This document shows, one piece after another, positions 54,330 to 64,000 of a stretch of DNA of 64,000 bases; positions within the stretch are counted from its first letter, which is position 1; the number at the start of each line of letters is the position of its first letter. A model generated the notes under the pieces. That model was not told where the DNA came from. It did not search any database and saw nothing but the letters and a program-made list of their open reading frames with translations. Source of the stretch: Lingula anatina. Taxonomy: Eukaryota; Animalia; Brachiopoda. The stretch is taken from contig CM120642.1 in assembly GCA_051362555.1 (NCBI GenBank), positions 32,860,001-32,924,000 on the forward strand, read 5' to 3'. The translations under genes were made by a program, and so were the position numbers.

Positions 54330-55016
54330 GGGCCGGTTTCACAAAGCAGTAGTTAGTTAGCGATCGGTAGTTAGCCTCTCGCTAGTTATAATGCCGTTTC
54401 ACGAAGCAGTCGCTAGTTCTCTCGCTCGTTATTGTCTCGTTGTTACCATGGATATTTAACGACTGGTCAGACCAGTCGCTAACTCTAGAGTTCCATCGTA
54501 CGCATGCGTAATGAGTGAAATAGAAAGGTTGCTTAGTTACCGTTGTCTGTCGTTTGTCTTTGTATCCAATATGGCGGCTACCTTTCTTGCTATCCGTACC
54601 GCCAGACGGCAACGTAGACTACGACGTTTTCATGAAAGGCAGAATCTATTATAATATACATACGATGATGCAATTTACGAGAGGTTGCGCCTAGCTGTGA
54701 CAAAAAGAGCGGCAAAAAGGTGGTGGAGATCCTTTACGACGACCTCAAAGCAGACGTTCTTATGCATTTCCAGCCACCAAAAATTGGAGAGTTAGTGCTT
54801 TCGTGACACTTTTACGCAAGAGTTCCACTTCCGGCAGACGGTTTCGAGACTAAGGTGAGTAACGAGAGAACTAGCGACCGAACTTTACGACTGAACTTAG
54901 CGATAAGTTAACTACTGCTTCGTGAAACACCCCTCGAAAATCGCTAAGTTTGCTCGTTAGCGAGGTAGTTCAGTAGTTAGTTGTTCTAACTAACTACTGC
55001 TTTGTGAAACCGGCCC
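54330..55016 (+). mobile_element. 687-bp PIF/Harbinger deletion derivative, copy A
   Basis: TIR GGGCCGGTTTCACAAAGCAGTAGTTAGTTAG at both ends, CAG TSD (54327-54329 and 55017-55019), internal repeats of CTGCTTCGTGAAAC, and a stop-interrupted remnant resembling a transposase N-terminus. Confidence 0.9.
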
Positions 55017-55192
55017 CAGGGCCACTGGAAGCTATCCCAAAGAAACGTTTGAATAATTAATAAGCTAGCTTTACAGTGGCCCTGACACTCAGGGCAGCCC
55101 TGTTCCCCATTGACGGAAATCTATTTGAAGGACACTTACCCAAAAAGACAGTTTGTAAGATTTCATCACATTGCCGACGCTGCGAGCTCACT

Positions 55193-55368
55193 ATGAATGT
55201 TGTCGTCTGCTGCCTGTTGGTTCTGTCACTTTGAACAGCCTATTCGTCGCGTGGCTTGTGTTCGGTTGACATATTTTGCGCCGCCCCCTCAGGGTTCTTC
55301 CCGGAATACTGGTCCTGTCCAAGTTGGTGGCGCCGCATCTCGTTCTACTGCCAACACTGAACAGGAAG
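55193..55368 (+). pseudogene. Orphan third copy of protease exon 1 (frameshifted in the signal-peptide frame; possibly usable from ATG 55197)
   Basis: Homologous to 44997-45150 and 56224-56395, with flanking 5' and intron sequence (about 55125-55652). A 4-nt TGAA insertion gives a stop after 13 codons from ATG 55193. The donor AAG|GTGAG is intact. Confidence 0.75.
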
Positions 55369-56223
55369 GTGAGGTTATGTACGTGATGTATGTGTGTGCG
55401 CGCACGTGCGCGTTTGCGTTCACGCGTGTGTACGTGCGAGTGAGCGCGTTTGTGTGTGTGCGTGCTTGCATGTTTGTACGTGCGTGCGTGTGCGTGTGTG
55501 ATCACGATAACCAGCAGACATATATAATAGTACTTTTTTATGACACATCAACTAAGTCAAGTACATTTGTACAACGATAACAATGGTTTATGCTTTGTTG
55601 AGGAAATTGCACAGGATACATTGAGGATGGGGGGGGGGGGGGGGGCATTGGGAATGATGCCAATTACGCTATTCCCCAGAGACATATCTACTGTGGTGAC
55701 GATACCCAGAAAAGAAAGAAGGAAAATAAGAATTTCGCTTTTTTATTACCACGAATAAACGTGACGAGTTAATGTTTTATAATCAATTCCTTTGAAAGCC
55801 GTGGTCTGTGTAAATCGTTATGTGGTCTTTTAAAGTAAAGAAACGGCGCTGAAATTGGTTTACGACAGAGCAATGCCGATTTTGCTTTTAAGATATATTT
55901 CCACTAATGGCACTTTTAGTCCGCATCAATCTGTTCGTTATACAGTACACGTCCGTTCAACATCTAGTTCAATTGGCGGGGACTCAACACTACATAACTT
56001 GCCAATCACCTTTCTAGGGACGTCTTCAGGCTTTGTGCCCGCAAGGTATATAGTATAGCTTGGGCAGCGGAACGCGACCCTAAATAGATAGGGTATTGCG
56101 TGCGAAGACCAGAGACCAGCATTCCGTGCGATAAACTTTATTTGAGAGGAACTATTTGCAAGGCACTTAACCAAAAAGACAGTTTGGGAGATCTCATCAC
56201 ATTGCCGACGCTGCTAGCTCACT

Positions 56224-56398
56224 ATGAAAGTTGTCGTCTGCTGTCTGTTGGTTCTGTCACTTCAGCCTATTCGTCGCGTGGCTTGTGTTCGGTTTACATT
56301 TTTTGCGCCGCGCTCTCAGGGCTCTTTCCGGAATACTGGTCCTGTCCAAGTTGGCGGCGCCGCATCTCGTTTTACTTCCAACACTGCACAGGAAGGTG

Positions 56399-56441
<43 letters not shown>

Positions 56442-56951
56442 ATGCATGCGCGCGTGTGTGCATGTGTGTGTGATCAAGATAACCGACAGACATACAGGTA
56501 TGGTACATTCTTATGAACTATTCTCATCAACTAAGTCAAGTACAACGATAAGAAAGGTTTATGTTTTGTTGAGGAAATTGCACAGGATACGTTGAGGATG
56601 GCAGGGGGGCATTGGGGATTTTATCAAATAGAAGTACAACGTAACTACTAAACTTATGTGAAACATTTGCAAATATTTGACATTTACGAGGCGTTAATGT
56701 GTATGTAAGGCCTCGTAAATGTCAAATATTTGTAAATATTTTACATCTGTATTCCACCGAAATTGGATTTAGTATTTGGAGATGAGCTTCCTTTCCCTTT
56801 GCTTTCTTATATGTTACTGGTATATATCACATAAACCTCGATGGGGCCGGGAGGGGGGTGGCGGGGGTTGAGGCGAGGGGTGTCAGTCATTAGGGCGGGA
56901 AGCGGGGGATGACAACCCCTGTGCCTCCTTCTTCCCCCAACGCTATCTCTT

Positions 56952-56991
<40 letters not shown>

Positions 56992-59900
56992 TAACAAACC
57001 TCAACTTGTCTTCCTATGCACCTTTTAAGGTTAATGTTAAAACATCAAATTGATAACTGTTTTCCGTAAAAAAAAACTGCGCTGGAACAAATGTTGTAAT
57101 TGTTCTATTGGCCCTAGGAAGGTTTTGCTCTTATAGCTTTCTTAATTAGTGGTGGCATTAACGACAGACAAAAACTAGCAGCCATCATATTCAGCAAACC
57201 ATGACAAGAAGACCACGAGTTAATTTTCTTAATATCCTTTGTAATAAAAAGTTCTCTTGAACGAAAACAGGCGCGTATTCACTTAACCTCTGTATAAAAT
57301 CTAAGTTAATCACTGAGTAATTAAGTAATCTGCACTCTTACATTTTTGCACATCTATTATCGTTTAATTGCTGAAACGACTTCCTTCAATCTTTGATGAA
57401 TAAGAGAAAAAGTGGCTAAAGTACCTTTACACATTTTAAGTGCGTCTTGATACAGAATATACCAGATAATTTTTATCATCTTTCTCTAAGATGTGTAGTC
57501 ATTTAATTAACAATCCGTTTATCTGGCAATTCTGCTAGTATTTCCCCACAGTTTTCTGTTACTTTAATGTTATCACCTACATGTACTGGTAGATGGAGTG
57601 TTTTCTCATCTGTGCTCTCCACACAGTGTTGCTTGTGAATCTTCTTTTCATGGTGACCATACAACCACACACACACCCCTCCCCCACCCCTGACAACCAT
57701 GACAAGAAGACCACGAGATACAGTGCTTAGTTTTCATAATATCTTATGTTATAAAATTTTTCTATCACGGAGACAGTTATTGTTGCATTTGGAATTTCTA
57801 GTTTTTTCAACCTTTCGTTTTGTGCGGAAGCCGACAGGTGTCATGTTTAAAAATATATTATCTCGAAATTTCGAGGAAGTATTTTGAAATTTGGAAAAAA
57901 AAAACGACTTCCGTAGTTTTGCTACAGATTACTATATTTTCAGATAACACCGCGTTTTCCGGTGGAGACGACCTTGATGAGGAGGGTCGGTTTGAAGGGA
58001 CCGCGGTTCGTGCCGTTGACGCTGTGCCAAGGGTTCACGTGGAAACTAAAAGCAGAGGTGAAAATTAGGATTTATTACCTAGTAGTATTTCTGTCGCGTA
58101 GTTCCGTGTATTAGTGCTGTACTTCGAAACCCAGTGGGTTTAACCAGAACACGTGAAAAGCATGTTCCCAAGAAACCGTTTAATAACGTTATCATAACGT
58201 TTCACTAACGTTTTTAGTTAGATTCCATTCAGTGACGTCACACATAACGTTCACTTGCTGCAGCCGTAAGTGAACACGAAAAATGGTTGGAAAATTTTTT
58301 AATTGGAGTTGCTTGTCTTGAAGTTCTCAACATTTTTGAGTTTGAAACCATTGTTTGTAGTCAGGTTCATGTGATCTAAGGTTTTAAAATCCACTGGTAA
58401 CTAGTGGCTTACCTAAATTTAAAATTTTATTATCACATTCAGATTGAACGAGGGAATTATGCCCTCAAAGAAAAAAAATGTCCCAATAGCAAAATGTTTG
58501 TATTTTGTGTATTTGCTTTTCAGTCCGCCTGGTGAGCTACACGAAAGCTGTGCGGATTAAATACAGATATATTGTTCAGCTGAAGGAAGACCTACCCGAG
58601 AGCAGAGGTGAGGACATAAACCTCTTCGTTCACCTTACCCCATCTAGAGGGCGTGAAAGGCTTTCATGTTTGATTTACGAGATAAATGAAACAGTAGGTG
58701 GTTTGTGGTGTTCACAAAGTATGGGATGAGGCGTATTAAGGTGCAAATTAATTTCTCTATTAAGCTTTTCTATAAAAATTCCCCATAAAAAAGCCAAACC
58801 AAACAGAAGGTGGGTCCATACCCAATTTACACGCAGGCTAATTATATTATTTCCAAGTCAGAATGACGTCAACCGATTTAATTACGTCACACAGGGGTCC
58901 TGGGGCCGGTTTCACAAAGCAGTAGTTAGTTAGAACAACTAACTACTGAACTACCTCGCTAACGAGCAAACTTAGCGATTTTCGAGGGGTGTTTCACGAA
59001 GCAGTCGTTAACTCATCGCTAAGTTCAGTCGTAAAGTTCGGTCGTTAGTTCTCTCGTTACTCACCGTAGTCTCGAAACCGTCTGCCGGAAGTGGAACTCT
59101 TGCGTAAAAGTGTCACGAAAGCACTAACTCTCCAATTTTTGGTGGCTGAAAATGCATAAGAACGTCTGCTTTGAGGTCGTCGTAAAGGATCTCCACCACC
59201 TTTTTGCCGCGCTTTTTGTCACAGCTAGGCGCAACCTCTTGTAAATTGCATCATCGTGTGTATATTCTAATAGATTCTGCCTTTCATGAAAACGTCGTAG
59301 TCTACGTTCCCGTCTGGCGGTACGGATAGCAAGAAAAGTAGCCGCCATATTGGATACAAAGACAAACGACAGACAACGGTAACTAAGCAACCTTTTTATT
59401 TCACTCATTACGCATGCGTACGATGAAACTCTAGAGTTAGCGACTGGTCTGACCAGTCGTTAAATATCCAAGGCAACAACGAGACAATAACGAGCGAGAG
59501 AACTAGCGACTGCTTCGTGAAACGGCACTATAACTAGCGAGAGGCTAACTACCGATCGCTAACTAACTACTGCTTTGTGAAACCGGCCCCTGAAATGTTA
59601 ACCAGACCGGAACCCACAGAGTAAGCAAGCGATTGGTATTTTTTATTTGATTTTTGGTGCTAAATAATGGAAAAGCGTTTTTTTTTTTTTTTGCTATTAT
59701 TTTTTGTTTTTAAGAGACCATTAATTACTTTTCAAAATAATGTTGCTCCAGTCTTGCCTCAATTTGATTTTTATTTATTTGAGCTAAGCTGTAATAGTTT
59801 CTAATACTTTTCAGTCAAATCTCACCTTACCTCTGTAAGAAGTTCTCTGAAACAAAGAGGTCCTCTGATCGCCAAGGCCAGGTCACCCTTACTAGCGCTA

Positions 59901-60550
59901 GGTCAACCAAAGATCGATAACGTCATCACTATTGGCAGAGTGAAGTTTTACGTCATGGAAGCAAGCCCAGAGTAAGTACCGGAAATTTATGAAGCTCGAA
60001 TGTGAAACTGATCGACAAATTTTATAGTTTATAAGATAATAAAATGTTTGGTTTTGTTTCAGATTACAAACAGTGTTCGTTTTATCAAAATGACATCATG
60101 TAAACCTTCTAGTACTTGATCAGTTTGTCATAAGGGAACACGTTGTCATGTATATCGTTTATGATTCAGAAAACAAATATTGCTGTTGGCTGCGGCTTTG
60201 TTTAAAAGTATCGGAGAGTTGCCAAAAGGAAGATTGCGTCATTTTAGTCAGTTATACCATGGGCATCTCATAGTGTTTATCGGGAATAAGCCGCGGAACG
60301 CACGCAAATGCCTCAGGGAACGGTTTATTATATTTCCTGCAAAACCATCATTTCAGGGACATGGAGAACATTGTTCGCACCAAGAAAGCGGATGTGACGA
60401 CGGTGTATGAAGACACAAAGGTGAAGCTTTTGGATTGCAAGAATATCACTGGATGGTCATGGGTAAGGACGGCTGGCTGTTTGGGAGCGCTTAAAAAATC
60501 AATCCAGCAGTCCTTCTTGCTTTGGGGATACATTTTGCTGTTAATTTTAA

Positions 60551-60590
<40 letters not shown>

Positions 60591-62217
60591 TAACTTTTTT
60601 TGCAATGAGTAAACTCGCTCTTGTACGCTTTATCTCGATAATGTTATTGGCATAACAAACAAACACATTTTATTTATGCATTATAATGTATATTCAACGA
60701 TATTTAATGTTTTTTTACACTATTTCCTAAGGACCCCTTTACACTGGACGGCGTCCTTTCTGCGTCCAGCAGGACGGCCCCATTTGAGAGTTAAAAAATT
60801 ATAATACTTCACGTGCCGACAACTGGCCGATCATTGAGCATTCATTCTGATACAAAATCAATGCTCGTCCCTCCTTATTAAGACCACAGCGATGCCAAAT
60901 TTCATGGTCGCAGAAAGGACGCAGAAAGGACTTGTCCAGTGTAAAGGGGGTATAACTTAGCCATGAAATGGACTAAGCTCGTCCTCCGTTTTCAGGGTCT
61001 AGACAGACTAGACATGAGGGCAGTGAGAGACTTCAGGGCGGAGAGAGATAGACGGCTAATGGTAGACGGTGATGGGAGGGACGTAGACGTCTACGTGTTG
61101 GACACAGGGATACGTGCAGACCACAGGGAGTTTAGGAAGAATAGGGGAAAAATAATACACAAGGTGCGCTTAAAAATATACACGATATTATATTGTATGG
61201 TTGGGGACTAAAGTCAGATGTTTTCTTACAAAGTCATTACCATTTATTTGTGACTGCAAGCAAGTTCCCAAGCTCCTGATTTTTAAAAAAATATATAGAT
61301 CAGCTGATGAATAAAAACGTGTATGATAGTATTACAGTGACCTCCCTTGGGAGGCGAGAGCATCAACATCCGTTTTATACATGTATGACCAGTCGTCCAT
61401 TGTAAACTGTGCTGAGTTTCACTTTTTGAACTGAATTTTTAACTGAATTTCACTTTTTTAAAAACTTTTCATACGCCTTTGCTATATCCTCCAGGTAGAT
61501 CCTGGTATGAGTGACGGCGATACCCACGGGCACGGAACACACGTGAGCGGTCTCATTGCCGGCAGAAGCTTCGGTGTGGCGCGTCTGGCCCAGGTGAACG
61601 CCATCAAGGTAGTAGACGACAAGGGAGAGGGCAGCGCTTCCTGGCTGCTCAGTGGGCTCGAACATGCCGTCAATACCATCAAAACAAAACCAAACCGTAA
61701 AGCTGTGATTAACATTTCTCTTGGATACCCCAAGTCTGATCTGATAGACGCCGCGATAAATGAAACAGTCAGACTGTATAACATTCCGGTAGTGGTCGCT
61801 GCTGGCAATGAGGCGATGGACGCGTGCGAGAAAAGCCCATCGGGAGCCAGCGAGGCTATAACAGTAAGTGCGACCAGTTATCATGATATTCGGCCAAAGT
61901 GGGCCAACTATGGCCCCTGCGTGGATATATTTGCCCCTGGAAATAACATGAAAAGTTCGGTGTCAAGTGCATGGAACGCTACTGACACCCTAAGTGGAAC
62001 CTCCATGGCTTGTCCTCTTGTCGTTGGTTCTCTGGCAGCATATCTAAGCAGCCTGCCAGCGTCCCAGAAACCCACGCCTGCAGAGCTGAAGGATTACCTT
62101 TTCAAGAGAGCCACGCTTAATGAAATCAGAAACGCGGGAAAAGGTTCCCCTAACCGTTTGTTATACGTAAAATGTTCCAGCCTCCAGGAACCACAGACTT
62201 GCAATTGTATGGCATAA
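56224..62217 (+). CDS. Secreted proteinase K/aqualysin-like subtilisin serine protease (S8A + I9 prodomain), copy 2, 7 exons, ~507 aa
   Basis: Exons 56224-56395, 57944-58057, 58524-58607, 59815-59971, 60357-60462, 60996-61163, 61495-62217 (1524 nt). Exon sizes and phases match copy 1 except an 18-nt longer exon 1 (SFRNTG). D/H/N/S catalytic motifs intact. Introns are alignable to copy 1. Confidence 0.93.
58903..59589 (-). mobile_element. 687-bp PIF/Harbinger deletion derivative, copy B (intron 3 of protease copy 2)
   Basis: Near-identical reverse complement of 54330-55016 with CTG TSD. The paralogous intron of copy 1 has the empty site with a single CTG (GTC-CTG-AAATG, 48308-48318). Confidence 0.93.
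60731..60952. mobile_element. 222-bp Tourist/Harbinger-like MITE in intron 5 of protease copy 2
   Basis: Imperfect TIR (CCCCTTTACACTGGAC / GTCCAGTGTAAAGGGG), TAA TSD, absent from the paralogous site in copy 1 (ATTTCCTATTTTAGCC near 49471-49486). Confidence 0.82.
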
Positions 62218-62647
62218 CACAAAGTTAACCTTTGGTACTGTAAGCCAAATATCTCATATTAACACATTTCAAGGATGCACGTTTTAAATATTTTGAATGT
62301 CTTTGTTACATGGGCCATGATTTCTAGAGTAATGCATAATTTGTTAATTATGATGTGTTTATGTAAGAGAAATCCATTATATTCACTAATGTGTGTTCAT
62401 ATATACAGTAAAAATATCACATTTTTTGTGCAGTGCATTTTCACCACGGTAACTCGACATTCATAAATGACAACTCTCAATAACAATTGTTTATTTTTTA
62501 CCGTGATTGTTCCGTGTGTTAATCAAACATATTTTACATATTTTCTCCCAGTCTTGCCAGGGTTGTGCATTGTAGAATCATAATAAAGGTGATTTTACGA
62601 TAAAAATTCAAGTTAAACGTCGTTTACTTTGTTCTTAGGGACGCCCC

Positions 62648-62678
<31 letters not shown>

Positions 62679-63024
62679 AAAAAAAAGTTAGACCAAGTAG
62701 GGTGTCCATACCGACAGCTCTTAATCGACGTCTCGGTTCCATAATGATGAAGGACATTAGTATTAAAACTAAAGAATGGGCCATGAATTTCTGAATTTTC
62801 TCTCCAGAATATTATACTATATTAAATAATTTGACTGATAAGATGTTTTAAATGTCCAAGGTTCACTACAGAATCTCCGTGAACTTGAAATCTGATGCAT
62901 TCTTGATTTTTTTTTCTTTGACTTAATTTATCACTGATGTATAAAGGCCTATAAATATGTAAATATCTCATCCCTTCTACATTTAAATGGATCTCTCTGC
63001 AGTGCACCACCCTGGTTGAAGTAA

Positions 63025-64000
63025 TTACTTGGCATCCACGTTGACAGTGTGGTCGTTCCTGGGATCCAGAAACTCTTTGCCAGCCATGTCAGTGAAATTA
63101 GTACACTCCCTTACAGCAGAGTTGGCCACCTTTAAGAAAAGTGAATTAGCTTTATCAAACTTAGTTCATCTACCGGTATGGTACTAAAATTATATGCTTT
63201 GTTTCAACAGATGTAAGCATTTTGCCTGTCCATCACTTGTCCATAATATGAAAAAATAGTGAACCAAGTAGCCACACGGCTATTCTAGTTTTAACTATAA
63301 AAGTAATTAAGACGGAAACCCATGTATACATGCAGTTTTTTTCTCCTCACCATGTCAAGAGGAAAGTATTCAGGGAGGAAGGTTTTAGTGACAGGGTTGT
63401 TCTTTTTGGTGTTGTAAGCGACCAACAGTGCCCAGCGCCTGTGGTCACTGTCATTCTTGTCACTGCGGTGAACGAGGTTGGAGTGGAAGAAAAGACAATC
63501 ACCTGAAAATGTGAGGATATGAACAACATAGCAAAACATGTTTAGATAAAGGTGAGTTACGATGACCTTTAAACGGCGAAACAAATCAAGCAATATATAT
63601 TCTCTTTGTCCTTTGTGTTAAAGTAAGCACCTACATGTATATACTAGATCATAACGTTCCATTGTCATTATAAATAGAGAAAATTAAGGTGCATCAATAG
63701 TATCGAATATACCCTCAATCAAAATTTTTCGTCATCTTTCCTTTCCTTTTTTCTATCTATTAAAAACTGCTCAAAATAAAACATATTTAAGAAGAATCGC
63801 CAAACTGTAATTCAGACACTCCTGCCAAACATTTCCATAAACAGGCCATTTATAATGGCAACATAAAACTAAAGGAAACTCGACAAGAAGATATGGCAAT
63901 GGACAAACCGAGCAGTCCTTACCAGGATTCAATTCCACATACACTAGTGGACAATGCTTCATCAGTTGTTCCACTCTTTCTACATTCGCCCCCGTCTGTC
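63025..64000 (-). CDS. PhyH-family 2-oxoglutarate/Fe(II) dioxygenase (ectoine/proline hydroxylase-like), last three coding exons; 5' part outside window
   Basis: Minus-strand exons 64000-63923 (truncated by window edge), 63502-63351 and 63129-63025 splice in frame with GT-AG ends to QTGANVERVEQLMKHCPLVYVELNP-GDCLFFHSNLVHRSDKNDSDHRRWALLVAYN...PLDM-VANSAVRECTNFTDMAGKEFLDPRNDHTVNVDAK*. PGDxLFFHxNLxHxSxxNxSxxRR is the PhyH distal-His/Arg signature. Confidence 0.9.

Noticed and set aside
62200-62217. C-terminal CNCMA as a possible CaaX prenylation signal
   Set aside because: Cys is at -3 and -5, not -4, and the protein has a signal peptide.

Overview
AT-rich, intron-containing eukaryotic DNA, most likely from an invertebrate animal (GT-AG introns, (CA)n/(GA)n/(TA)n microsatellites, animal-type DNA transposons). 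The right third carries a tandem pair of 7-exon genes for secreted proteinase K/aqualysin-like subtilases (S8A with an I9 prodomain; 44997-50810 and 56224-62217, about 501 and 507 aa). A third, orphan copy of their exon 1 lies between them. The 3' end of a convergent PhyH-family 2OG-Fe(II) dioxygenase gene is on the minus strand (63025 to beyond 64000). The left ~44 kb has no recognisable protein-coding exon. It holds a 5.14-kb CACTA/EnSpm-type element (TTG TSD) with nested MITEs and exon-like internal cargo, several minisatellites, and CpG-rich blocks ending in strong minus-strand splice donors that may be alternative first exons of a gene outside the window. Comparing the two protease paralogues gives empty-site support for Harbinger-type insertions and signs of gene conversion. 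All gene models were spliced by hand and family names come from motif recognition, not database searches.
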